From: Octopus vulgaris
Taxonomy: Eukaryota
NCBI GenBank assembly: GCA_951406725.2
Contig: OX597822.1
Coordinates: forward strand, 28,582,001-28,646,000
DNA length: 64,000 nucleotides
Reading direction: 5' to 3'
Shown: positions 1-12,139 of the stretch, piece after piece
How the letters are laid out: every line of letters begins with the position of its first letter
How positions within the stretch are numbered: the first letter of the stretch is position 1
Made by a program: the position numbers and the translations under genes
The notes under the pieces: model-generated
What the model saw: only the letters and a program-made list of their open reading frames with translations
What the model was told of the DNA's origin: nothing
The model's database searches: none

Positions 1-50
1 GATACATATTCAAGAACACACGCATATACACAGATAAACACGCACGCATG

Positions 51-109
<59 letters not shown>

Positions 110-233
110 ACTTAAAAACAAGGGCAAAGGAAAAAATTCTAATGCCAAATATGCCGAAAATAACCATATAATTTATCACTATAAGCACGCGTCTTGAAAG
201 CAAGCCGATAGAAATTTCTAAAAAATTTCCTTA

Positions 234-295
234 TTATCGAATCGGCCCCGATTTCTGGGTTAATTCATTTAGAATTTTCTCGTCATCAGCGATAA
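234..295 (-). ncRNA. Hammerhead-like motif with degenerate stem II
   Basis: Minus strand ttatcg-CTGATGA-..aattc[taaat]gaatt..-GAAA-tcgg[gg]ccga-TT-cgataa. 6-bp stem I and paired stem III. Copies at 27620-27681 and 58310-58371. Confidence 0.5.
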
Positions 296-490
296 ATACG
301 ATAAGAAAATTAATGAGATACTTACTTGTACCCACGGAAGAAGTAAACACTAAGTCCTGTCTGCACTTAAGTACCCCAAATATATTCAAAATAGAAATTC
401 AACAGCATTCTTCGAGACACGTGTGATTCACTTCGGGACTCTCTCACTCTATGAGAATTTTCAGTCCGATCACATATTTTTTTTTATTTA

Positions 491-567
<77 letters not shown>

Positions 568-1084
568 TAGTGTTGTTGTTATACATACATACATACAAGC
601 ATACGTAATGAAAATAATAATAAGTGGATGTAAACACATGAACAACATACGAATAAACAAAAACAACAATAAAAGCAAATTACACGAACATATATAAACA
701 GAAGATACAAATATTACAGGCATCCCTCCACCACACACACACTAACTAAACATAGACGCACATAGAGATATAAGCGTGCGCAAATGAAGATATACAATAG
801 AAATACAAAATGGCTGACGGTTAGTAAGGAGAGACACAAATAAGAAAGAAGAAAACAAAGGACCACTGATGCAGTCACAGGAGTGTGACGAAAGAACTCT
901 GGCTGAAATTAGATTAAGATTAATGTCCAAAATAAATATCACTGAAGCAAAATAACACCAAATATATAGTGCGTGTGTTTTTATTGGCTAAAACTGGCAA
1001 AATGACCATTCCGAAATATAACAATATCTGTTTTAACACACGATTTCACATAAATAATCTTGCACAACAAATATATAAACGTAC

Positions 1085-2920
1085 AATAATACGGCTGAAA
1101 CAAAATAAAAGCAGAGAGGCGCAACGAAGTAGAAGGATAAATGTTGTCAGTGTCTTACCGCTGTGCAGAGGAAAACAGTGATATCATTACACAGAAAGCA
1201 TTGCTTAAATTTTGCATGGTAAAGAATATTGCTCTTACCAATATCCAAACTTGGTTTCGGTGCTCGGACGTCGCAACAACAGTCGCCGTTACCTCCTATA
1301 GCTAGATGTGAATTGAAAGCAGGATGGGCACAATGTCATTGAAAGTGATAGGAAAAGAAGACAGAGAGAGTGAATGAGAACGACAGAGATATCGACAATA
1401 AAGTGGAATCAAATGACAAGTAGCAAAGTGGTCAATATGTAGCTGCCGTTTTCCGGAAGCAATCTAAGAACAATAATACGGCTGAGTCAGAGAGAGAAAC
1501 AAAAGAAAGAATACAGTAACATTATCACTAAGAGAGAGTTCACAAGGAGGACATATACAGTGTATAGTAAATATTTCGAAATACAGCGATATCTTTATGG
1601 AGAATACATTGGTTAATTTGCATGGAAGCTTATGCTGCTGTTCCTGATATCCAGAGTTTGTCTAAGAACTGAGATTGTGGAAGTATTTGCACCTGCAGCT
1701 GTTAATTGATGTTTAATGAAACCAGAATGGGTAAAATGTCATTAAGAGAGAGAAGGATAAAGATGTTACCGATATAATAAGACGGATTTTCATTAAAACT
1801 AGGATGGGACAAATGTCGTTAAAAGAGAGAGGGGTAGACGAACATATCTCCAAGAGAGTGTTAACGAAGGAGAGGTACGAAGGCTTGCTGGTATGTGGCA
1901 GATCTGTTGAGTAGTAAACAAAGAACAATGAGAGAAGGAGAAAAAAGGAAGAGAAAACAGTGTGATACATATCGTGGATAAATTCGTTAATTTACATGCA
2001 ATCGTCAATAAACAAACAATGATTGAGAATTGTGAAGTAGCAAAGATTTCCGCCTACGGCAAATTCTATATTTCTACTGAGACCAGGATGGGCCGTATGG
2101 CATTAACAAGGAGGTGGATTGAGAGGAAGAGAAATGACAGAGATATCCCCAACAGAGTGGCAACGAAAGAGGGGACCGAAGGTCTTCAGTATGTGGCAGC
2201 AGTATTGAAGGAAAAATTGCTATTTTTACGGAGAACATATGTATTAAATTGCATGAGAGATAATATTTTTCTTACCGATGCCCAAAATCGGCAGGAGAGT
2301 TCAGAAGTCGGCAGGAGAGTTCCGTCAACAGATGTAGTTAGAATGTTAATGAAAAGATGAGGGGCAGAATATCATCAAGGGAGAAAGGCAAAGAGAAAAA
2401 GAGAATGTGTGAACAACGGAGATATTACAAATAGACGAGCAACTTCTATTGGGATGTCGCAGTTGTGTTGAGGAAAAAAGACCCAGATAGACAGAGAAAG
2501 AAAAGGAGAGAAAACAGTAATATTATCAGTGAGACAGGAGTGACGAGGAAGAAATTGACTATATTTAGGAAACCATTCCGAAAAACATTGATATCCTTTC
2601 GGAAAATACAATAGTTTATTAGAATTGAAAATTATACTGCACTTATTAATAGATTTTAAGTTAAAATGAGAGGTAAAAAAATTTATTAAAACAGAGAGGG
2701 AAAGACACAAACAAACTGAGAGGGTGAGTGATAATGGCAGAGATATCACCAAGAGAAGGCCAACGAACGAGAAGTTTGAAAGTCATCAGAATTGATTAGT
2801 TAATTAACCTGGAAGTCAAAATTGCTGTTACAGCTATCGCTGAGCCGTGATGAGAATTTACGTTACAAGAACTTCCACCTACAGCTTCAGCTAGATTTTT
2901 AGTGAAGCCATGTAGTATGT
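1085..2920. repeat. Purine-rich degenerate repeat block (~300-450-bp ancient subunits), re-amplified in unit 2
   Basis: Recurrent motifs aggatggg..aatgtc.tt (1321, ~1727, 1801, ~2085), tatgt.gc (1437, 1892, 2190) and acagt..at (1173, 1511, 1954, 2510). Confidence 0.6.
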
Positions 2921-2929
2921 TAATGTTGA

Positions 2930-5060
2930 AAATGTGGTGTAGCTAATTTTAGTGGGAAATCCTATAAGGAATCGGTTTATCAATTTATGATCCTGATTCA
3001 ATGGAAAACCCCAAATGGATGCCTGCCATTGATATTGTTTAGCTTTGGGATCTGTTGGTGGACATGGCGAAGCATGGTCTCACCAGGAACTGCGTTAAAC
3101 TGAAGTTAAACGGCATGTCTGACCCCAAGGGATAAAGTTGCTCCCTTGAAATGAAAACATTTTCACCCCTCCCGCACCCTGTAACAATGGTGGCCTCAAT
3201 CAAGTGGGGCATCAGGGACTTGATTACTAAGCGGATCCCGTTGCATCATCCTGTTTCGGATGAGTGCACTTGTGATAGGTTGATGCTAAATAATTAAAGT
3301 CCTAGAACCGTTCTCTCCTGAGGCATGCCACTTATTACAGGGTACTTTGCAAAGAAAAACCATTTCCAGCAACAGATGACTCCAACCATGTAGGAAGTCA
3401 AAGAGCCATTCGCTGAGTTTTCCTGAGATACCTTAACGTATCAAGGTATATACAATCAATATCCTTTCCTCTCGAGCGATTATTAGAATTATGCTACGGT
3501 ACTGTAATAGTTATGAAAGGTAACTTCGTCTAGCCCAAAAACCATCTACGAAGTTGTTTTCAACAAGGCATGTACTGATTCTATTTCAGACAATGCGTTT
3601 GAATTTTATATGTGTGAGATTGGAGTGAAACAGGTGTGTAGTTTTAGCTTCAGACTCGCTACCTTCCTTTGTGTATTGTGTGTAGGTATTACTACTACAT
3701 CTTTTAATAGTTCTGTGAATTTGCCGGTAACTAGCGACTTTTGAAATAGCATGTTTAATGGTTTCACGAGGCTGTCTTTGCACGTTTTTAGTAACATAGC
3801 TGGGAGGCCGTCTGGTCCAGATGCTGAGTTTGCTGTAAGTTGAGTTCTGGGAACCAAAGAATTCATTTGACCCAAATGTTATTTTGTTGGGAAGAAGCTC
3901 TGTCATAATGTCGACTGAAGAATGTGCATATGTTTGATGAATCATTAGTATATGATCCAGTTTGATTCATTAGATAACCAATCTGGTTACGCGTAGCTGA
4001 TTTTTGTTTAGCAAAGGAGAAATATTATAGAACTTAAAAGTATATTTTATAATTTACACTGCTCGATGTTCTCTTAGCGAAGTTTCTTTTTCATGACATA
4101 GTTTAAGTCCAGTTTGTTTGTTTGTTTGTTTGTTTGTTTGTTTGTTTGTTTGTTTGTTTGTTTGTTTGTTGTTTTTGTTTTTTGTTTTACTCAATCTCAT
4201 CTGCTGAGATAGTTTGGTTTTTAGTTGTTTTCTTGGTTTGGTTCTGTTACACACTGGTATCCGTCTATCTCACAGGATCAAGGGCTCGTGGGAATAGGCG
4301 TGATTATATGAGTCATGCTTTCAACAGATCCTGATTAATTCCTCGTACAGAAACTTCATTCCCTCGTTAACATTGAGATTGCCGATTTGTTTCCAAGATT
4401 TCAGTTTCGATTTCATTCCACTTGACCTTCATGAAATTCAAGTTCATGAGGAGTGAGCCAGGCTGGATGTTATTTTTGTGTGTTACCCTCTTTGTACCAT
4501 ATACAGATAATTGTATAATGTGGTCGGAAATAACTATCGGAATGATTTAAACATTGTGAGTGAAGTCTGTATTAATGGTAATGACTGGGTCGAGTATTTT
4601 ACTTCTGGTTGGACTAATAAGGATCTGTGGTATGAGAAAGTCTTTTAATAGTATCGAAAAAAGCATTCATATCTCTCCTCTTCCCTTGCATAATTTCAGG
4701 TTGGATATAACCCTCAGGCTAGCTGAGATTAGGAAAACTAATCAGTTGTCCTCAAAGAGCTTTGGCTTATGAGCGACAAAAAATTTTGAAGTGATCTCCA
4801 TGGCTATCTACATCAGGAAGACAGTAAGTAATACCTAAGATCAAATTGGGGCCAATCACGTGCATTATTAGTGTATCGCGCATTATGTTGGGGTGGGGAA
4901 GGAGGACATTTGTTGCCAGGTCTTCTTGGGTAAAAATTGCTATTTCTCCTTAGTTCCATATTCTGTGATAAGTTCTGAATAGTACAAAACCTGACATATG
5001 TATTTCCGCATCCAATATGTCTGGGGTCAGTTGCGTTTTCTGTAGATTTGGTTGTGGTTT
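2930..5060 (-). mobile_element. Degraded CR1/L2-group LINE ORF2 (APE endonuclease + RT)
   Basis: SASGPDGLPAMLLK..C..L..PL..LF..S..G..VVIP in ORF 3606-3875. GMPQERTVL (GVPQG-like) near 3300-3338. PTR..ILD..SDH endonuclease motifs in the unit-3 copy (62440-62739). Confidence 0.8.
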
Positions 5061-5173
5061 GAAGTCATGCTTTTACTAGAGCATCGAGTCCCTAAAGGAT
5101 TACTGAAGGGACAGTCATATATCAGAAATAATCTTTCGTGTTGCGAAAACAATAGATTCCGGGTTACATATGT

Positions 5174-5401
5174 GCGGCGAGCTGGCAGAGACGTTAGCAC
5201 GCCGGGCGAAATGCGTTGCCGTATTTCGTCTGCCGTTACGTTCTGGGTTCAAATTCCGCCAAGGTCGACTTTGCCTTTCATCCTTTCGGGGTCGATAAAT
5301 TAAGTACCAGTTACACACTGGTGTTGATGTAATCGACTTAATCCGTTTGTCTGTCCTTGTTTGTTCCCTCTGTGTTTAGCCCCTTGTGGGTAGTAAAGAA
5401 A
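5174..5401 (+). mobile_element. tRNA-derived SINE (octopus-type)
   Basis: A-box-like TGGCAGAGACG, B-box-like GTTCAAATTCC, body ctttcatcctttcggggtcgataaattaagtaccag and an A-rich end. Confidence 0.8.
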
Positions 5402-5481
5402 ATATATGTAGTAGTTATTAAGCGTCATTTAGCATTTAGTGGTGGTGGCGGTGCTGGTGGTGCTGGTGCTGGTGCTCCGTG

Positions 5482-5585
5482 GTCGTCGTCGTCGTTGTCG
5501 TCGTCGTCGTCGTTGTCGTCGTCGTCGTCGTTGTCGTCGTCGTCGTCGTTGTCGTCGTCGACGTCGTTGTCGTCGTCGTCGTCGT
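5482..5585. repeat. (GTC)n microsatellite with 18-bp higher-order period
   Basis: ttgtcgtcgtcgtcgtcg repeats. Longer at 63555-63757 and nearly absent at ~34293. Confidence 0.9.
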
Positions 5586-5872
5586 GGAAAATCTAGAGAC
5601 TGTGTTGTATAATAGGCCATCAATTGTTCTACCATTGAAAAGTGACTGCCAATGGCGATCATGTTGTCGTTGCAATTGTTTAGTTGTGGTAAGAGTAAGA
5701 GCAGTAGAACGTAATGACAATGATGATGATGGTGATGAAGAGTCATTGTGCTATTTCGAGAGAATGAAATAGCTACACAGAGAAGGGCTCTTGACTGTGG
5801 AGTTTCATATTTCCTTAATTGTATCGAGGAGTGGCCGAAGTTTTCGTTGTTTTGTTGTTGTAACATTGTTGT

Positions 5873-5929
<57 letters not shown>

Positions 5930-6517
5930 AGAAATGAGGTACTCAGAAAATCGGATGGTTAGTATTAACAGATATTTGTTTGTATATTACATTTCTTATA
6001 TATCATATAACTTAGATCATGTATTCGCGCTTTCTCCCATTCTAGTGGGGTTTTCAAATCAAACTAAGTTCCTGTGTGAGGAGTTCTGACCATTTTATAG
6101 TGGTATTGAGTTTGTAGTGTTGGAGAGGAATATAAGACAGTACATATATATATATATATATATATGCATGTATGTATGTATGTATGTATGTATGTATGTA
6201 TGTATGTATGTATGTATGTATGTATGTATGTGTGTATGTATGTATGTATGTATGCATCTATGTATGTATGTCTGTATGTATGTATGTGTCTGTGTAAAGG
6301 GGTTAATTTCATTCTTAAGAACATGATAGCAGTATATTCACTCTGAACAGTGAAGACTCATCAAGTCATTTTCTCTAAACTAGAATGTTCCATGTTCATA
6401 TTTGAAGTTTTTTCGTGTTTTAATTTTTCCTTGTCTTTTACTCATTCGCGAAGTTGATGGACATATAGCGGTACGTAAAATCGAATCAGAACCTCTCTAC
6501 TGAGACTTTATACCGAT

Positions 6518-6559
6518 GTACCTGAGGAGACCCATAACGGGTCGAAACAAGTGTCGTAT
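6518..6559 (+). ncRNA. Minimal type I hammerhead ribozyme (Penelope-type)
   Basis: gtac-CTGAGGA-gaccc[ataac]gggtc-GAAAC[aagt]GTC-gtat. Complete core, 5-bp stem II closed by G-C, GUC triplet and 4-bp stem I. Confidence 0.72.
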
Positions 6560-6951
6560 TTTACTCAATCCATCTATTTTATTAATACTGTTACCCTAAC
6601 CGCCACTACGAAGTTCCTACAATAAATCTACGGTTAACAACATATAAACAAAACTGTACCGGTGCTTTACTCATCTTTTTATACATTTTGTATAATTTCT
6701 CCATTATAGGTAAACATATATGAGAGGTATTCGTATCTAGAAGACACAAATGGTAGCAGGTAACGCTAAGTAAATGCTATGGAAGGACCGTAGTTAAACT
6801 CTTGGTTCGATAATGATACGAGTGAGGAGTCTAAGGTCTGTCTTGTACTAGCATGCATATATATATTAGACAGAATGAGATAACAAAGCAAAGTTGTGAG
6901 TTTTCAGGATATGTATAATGGAAGTCTTACATATACACACACACACACATT

Positions 6952-7004
<53 letters not shown>

Positions 7005-7037
7005 TTATATATGTGCGTGTGTATATATGTATGTATG

Positions 7038-7068
<31 letters not shown>

Positions 7069-7091
7069 GTGTGCGTGTGTATATATATATG

Positions 7092-7142
<51 letters not shown>

Positions 7143-7379
7143 TCCAATAACACCATATTTGTTCCACGTCCTCGCGTTGTGCTTTCTCTTTGTTCATGTT
7201 TGAAGTAACTATATATATGTGCGTGCGTGCGTGTGTGTGTGTGTGTGTGTTTGTGTGTTTGTGTGTGTGTGTGTGTGTGTATGTGTGTGTGTGTGTTTTC
7301 ATCAACGAGATGTCCAATACATGAGACTGCGACATCATGCCTTTTAGCTAATGAGAAGAACACTTTCGGGTTGGCATTT

Positions 7380-8470
7380 ATTTAATCAATGGTCCATTTC
7401 TCTTCTGCTTTTCTTTGATCGTCAATAACATTTCTCAAACAGTTTTGGAGATGGTGTTTCCTTGATTCTAGTGAGCCTATATCCGCCATGTGGAAGTGTT
7501 GCAACTAGCAATATCTTAGCCGGTTCATTTTTTGATTCGTTCTCTTTATCTTTCGTATGAATGATTTTCTGGGAAGTGTTAGTCCGTATTTTGTCTTGTT
7601 CATGAACCGTTGGTGGGTGTAATCATATGTTTGTGAAAATGTCCATAAATAGCAGCCATGATGAATCAATGCTTCTTGTAGTAAAGTTGTCTGCGAAAGG
7701 CCAATCAATGAGTGAGAGCTCGTGGTTGATTGCAGACCAGTTAGCATTGTGAAGATCCATGAGATTGAAGAGGTGTGAGTGATTGAGATTACTCGGATAC
7801 GCAATTGGCTGCCAGAATCTTAGGTGACAGAGAACCATAGAGTGGTCGAAAGAAGAGTTTTCCACTGTAATATCGTGGATATTGTTTGTGTGTTTGCTTG
7901 GCACTAAATCCAGAATGTTCTTGTTGAATCTCGTATGAGTAGACCAGGGTATGAGTAGACCAGTTAATACAGGGGAAATTGAATATGTCAATCATTAAAA
8001 TATTATCAGGATGACATTGTTGAATGACGGACTTGATGTTCGTGAGGCAGTCCTTGAAGCACAATAGCGGTGCATGAGCTGACCTGTAGAGCCCAATTAT
8101 TTCTAAATCATTATGATACTGATTCACAATAGCCCTTGGAAAATGTGACATTTCTTTCTGCAGTAAATGAGTCTTGTAGGAAAATGACAAATCCTACCAT
8201 TTTTCTACCTCGGATTGTGGTGAAATTCCTTACTTTTACTTCAGCTTCCAAGTGGGAGTTGTTAAGGTAGGTTTCAGTAAGGAAGAAGAAGGGAACGTGA
8301 TGAGTGTGGTCGGTAACCAAATCCTCAATGCATTGCATTGAAGGGTGTGCATATGCCTTGAACATTGGGTAAGAATGTTGAGACTGGAGTAGTGGCCTGG
8401 TCAGACTTTTTTAGAGGTCTCGATAGAAATTTATGGGTTAATGACAGTGACGAGGATAGGTTTTGCACTG
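7380..8470 (-). mobile_element. Second LINE fragment: APE-type endonuclease (CR1-like)
   Basis: Motifs LTETYL, GLYRS, DIFNFPCINW, TRFNKNILDL, FDHSMV and ANWSAIN in ORFs 8111-8365, 7789-8190 and 7623-7991. Confidence 0.8.
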
Positions 8471-8951
8471 AGGTAGCAGCAGAGGCTGATTCCGTGTGAT
8501 CGCCATGATATTCTTCTGGATCTCTTTGGGTCTCTTCTGGATCTCTTTGGATAACCTGGTTAAGGAGAACTCCGTTGCTGGAGTTGTGTCTACATTCACA
8601 GTTATGTTGATTGCTTCGGTCCAGATGGAGGATATGTAAACGGAACCCTTTTTCCCTTAAATTTCATTTTTTTATGGAATCCCACGTTTTAGGCTATGGA
8701 GATTTCGATTCTACAGAAAATTTTTCAAAACTCCGCAACTACAAACTTTGAATTTCCATCCCCTCCCCATTATTTCGTTTTTTGCACTTTTTCAGGAAAT
8801 ATATATTTTTTGGCGAAATACGTACAAAAATAAGGAGATTATGAATCTGAAAAATAAAACTCTTTGTAAAATTTCAATTATTTAAAAACAAAAAAAAGTA
8901 TCCTCCCCCTCAAGCATGCTATTTACATGCTAGAAATAACAGCCAAATTCC

Positions 8952-9428
8952 AGCATTTATAGAGAGAAGGTCTTACAGCTGTTTCTAGGATATTAATTAA
9001 TAATATCCCTTCTTCGGAGACGGTGTGAGAGGAAAGCTAAGTCATAGTTTAGATGTGATACAAAATAGAGAGTGAGGTGGAGGAAAGAAAATAGATGCAA
9101 GATATGTATGGGTATTGAATTCGTAAATCCGTTTTATAGGCATAATGGTATATATGCAATATTCTAGTATCCTTTGAATAACATCCAAAAGTCTAACAGG
9201 GTTTAATATGAGTCCTTCCAAATATAGAGTTTATAAGCAATGTAAGATTCCATTATGATTGAGATCCATCAGATTTTTAAACTTGGTCATTCCCAGTAGG
9301 AAATTTATATAGAGTTCTGCAGAGTCAAAGATTTCTGACTTAACTTTCATCTCACACCGTCTCCGATGAAGGGATATTATTAATTAATAACCCAGAAACA
9401 GCTGTAAGACCTTCTATCTATAAATGCT
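8952..9428. mobile_element. ~480-bp element with ~93-bp terminal inverted repeats
   Basis: 8952-9044 is the reverse complement of 9336-9428 with few mismatches. Unit 2 copy at 38734-39210. Confidence 0.7.
9359..9410 (+). ncRNA. Variant hammerhead-like motif (CCGATGA core) inside the inverted repeat
   Basis: gtct-CCGATGA-a-stem II-a-GAAAC[agct]GTA-agac. Mirror copy on the minus strand at ~8970-9021. Confidence 0.45.
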
Positions 9429-9639
9429 CTAATATCTATACAGCATTTGTTTGTTATCACATTACTCAAAACATTCTTATATACACACGCTGACATAGAC
9501 ACAACGTTGAACACTTTATTCGCAATATCACCGAATCTGGAACATAACTATAGTCTGTCTGTCTATAGCATTTATTCAGCATTACCTGATATATTTGGGT
9601 CTCAATGATACCATTATCTCTTACATGTGTGTGTGTGTG

Positions 9640-9830
9640 TTTGTTTGTCTGTGTTTGTCTCCCCATCATCGCTAGACAACAGACGTTGGTGGGTTTATGT
9701 CCCCGTAACTTAACGGTTCGGCAAAAGAGACCAATAGAATAAGTACTAGGCTTACAAAGACTAAGTCTTGGGGTCGATTTGTTCGACTAAAGGCGTTTTC
9801 CACCATGACCGCAGGCAAATGACTGAAATA
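9640..9830 (+). mobile_element. 3' half of the same SINE family
   Basis: Diverged match to 17710-17900. Unit 2 copy at ~39420-39612. Confidence 0.65.
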
Positions 9831-9882
9831 ATTCAAAGAAAGAAAAATAAACAAACAAACAAACAAATATATACATATATAT

Positions 9883-10821
9883 ATGTCCTGTCCGTGTTTA
9901 TTGTATCGTCTTCTAAGAGTTATACGTTCTTGTCCATCTTGTCCATGTTGTATTTTTCTACATACCTTAACATATATTCCAGGCGCCCCGTACCCTCTTA
10001 ACATTAATGTGAGCACATATTCTTAATAATTGGTACGACTCTCTGTTTGTCTCTCTCTCTCTCTCATTTTTACTTGATCTGTCCCCTTCTCTCTCTCTTC
10101 TCTCTCCTCTCTTTTCTCTCTACTCATCCTCTTTTTCTCTTCTCTTTCCTCTGATTCTTTGGTCTAATCTTCCACTACCTTCCTATTTCTTTGTCTCGCT
10201 CTGCACTCACAGGTCAATCTTCGACACCCATCCCTTCTCCTCTCTGATTCCTTCTTTCTCTCTCTTCTCTCTCTTTGTTGCGTTTGTCCCTCCTCTCTCT
10301 CTCTCTCTTCCTTTGCTTCTCTTTCTTTTCTTTTCTCTCTTCTCTGTCACGTGACTGCTGGCTGAAATCTGCCTTTCAGCTTCTGACCATCGTCACGTTA
10401 ACATCGTTGTTTTTCGACCGCCGCTATAAAGGCTCCTTCCAATGCGCCAGAGAAAAAATTTGTTTGCTTGTTATCAGTCGTAAGACACTTGTTGTTTTCA
10501 CCGTTAATGCTTCTGTATTTCATGTTTCTGTATTCCATTATTGTTTTTTATATCTGTCCCTTTTGCTGTCCTGGTGTTCGTATGCATTCGATCCTTCTTC
10601 CAGGAAATCTACGCTTCCAGCTTAGTTTTTCTAATGCTCATTGCTTAGTTTTTCTTGGAGGGCTGGCCGTGATCTAGTAATCTCAAGATTAATCAGCCGA
10701 AATTACTACGATGATCCGGTTCTTGACTGAAGACTGAGGGTTTCGAATGTCCTGTCCGTGTTTATTGTATCGTCTTTTAAGAGTTATACGTTCTTGTCCA
10801 TGTTGTATTTTTCTACATACC

Positions 10822-10825
<4 letters not shown>
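9883..10825. mobile_element. ~940-bp non-coding element with ~80-90-bp direct terminal repeats, in TA-repeat context
   Basis: atgtcctgtccgtgtttattgtatcg...cataccttaa occurs at 9883-9970 and 10747-10825, with an internal CT microsatellite. Unit 2 copy at 39666-40619. Confidence 0.6.
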
Positions 10826-10877
<52 letters not shown>

Positions 10878-11008
10878 TTCGGCAAAATTTAGATTCAGAT
10901 GAATATGGTACTTAAGTCAAAGGCACCAGAATTTTATATGATATTATCCTTAAAAATCAAATGGGGTGTTTATAATCAAAATAAGCAACAAGTATATCCG
11001 GGGTAGAG

Positions 11009-11092
11009 TAGTACAATTGTTTCATGCTACTTCATTTTATTAAACACTGTAAGTATTACATCAGTTTTTAAATGTCGAGCAGTCTTCAGCCA
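11009..11092 (-). ncRNA. Hammerhead-like motif with long stem II loop
   Basis: Minus strand tgg-CTGAAGA-c-tgct..agca-t-GAAAC[aatt]GTA-cta. Unit 2 copy at ~40817-40900. Confidence 0.4.
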
Positions 11093-11626
11093 TTTATAGA
11101 ATTTTCCAGTAAAACGGACCATGCATATTTTTATCCCTATTTCATTTGCCAACATTATAAAGAGGGTAGATATATAGACAGAGAGGTTGATTTTATTCTT
11201 AAGAACATGATAGCAGTATATTCACTCTCTGACTGTAGATTTTATCATTGAGTTCACTTTGTTATTTAGATCTGTCAGTGGGGAGGGAGATTTTATTTTT
11301 GGTTTGATGGAGACAAAGAACTTTTTCTATTTATAGATATAGGAAGGGGTAGTACAAATGTCAAAACCATAAACCTATTCCCATTTTGAGGAATTCAGTT
11401 TAGATACATTTGAATGTATTATAGCAAAAAGCTAGTAGGTTGAAGTTAGAGGGATAGGGGAACATAGACTACTAGTGCTCTAGAGGTTTTAATGTCCCTT
11501 ACCATTTAACAACCAGATTCCATATTAAGAAATTTAAGAAAATATTCTTTAGATAATTTTCTAAAGAATTTCAATAAATATTAGTATCCTATATAGGGAT
11601 AGAAAATATAGAAATCATTTCATATT

Positions 11627-11679
<53 letters not shown>

Positions 11680-11708
11680 ACTTCTATTAATATATTATCA
11701 TAATTATC

Positions 11709-12135
11709 TAGTAAATGGTGATTTATTATTGAGTTGAATTAAAAGAAAATGTTATACATAATATTTACTAACTGTGGAGAAAAACTTTATCAATTTAATA
11801 AATATATCAGGAGTCAATAAGATATATTAAAAATTATGGAAGGGAGGCAATCGAGATGAACCAAGTAATTTCTCGAGATATATAGAATTTTTTCAATTAT
11901 TTCATATTTATATATCTTCATTTCTATTGATATATAAACATAATTTGCTAGTAAATGGTGATTTGTTTTATTAATGAGTCGAATTCAAAGAATATGTTAT
12001 ACATAATATTTACTGACTGTGGTGAAAAACATTATCAGTTTAATAAATATATCAGGAGTCAATGAGATGTATTAAAAAGTAATGGAAGAGGGGTTATCAA
12101 GAAGAACCAAGTAATTTCCCTAGATATATAGAATA
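11709..12135. repeat. Diverged ~240-bp tandem duplication
   Basis: tagtaaatggtgattt...gaaccaagtaatttc occurs at ~11709 and ~11949. Confidence 0.8.
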
Positions 12136-12139
12136 TGTT

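Noticed and set aside
5174-5260. tRNA gene
   Set aside because: A and B boxes belong to a SINE head; no cloverleaf, and it continues into the SINE body.
5357-5866. Poly-Ser/Arg/Thr/Val ORFs (also 63430-63918)
   Set aside because: Frames of the (GTC)n repeat, open in several frames and collapsed in unit 2.
6020-6062. Minus-strand hairpin followed by GAAAGCGCG, a possible decayed hammerhead
   Set aside because: The core reads TTGAAAA rather than CTGANGA; too degenerate.
6054-7363. YI/CV/HT-repeat ORFs (also 35060-37075)
   Set aside because: TA, TG and TATG microsatellite artefacts.
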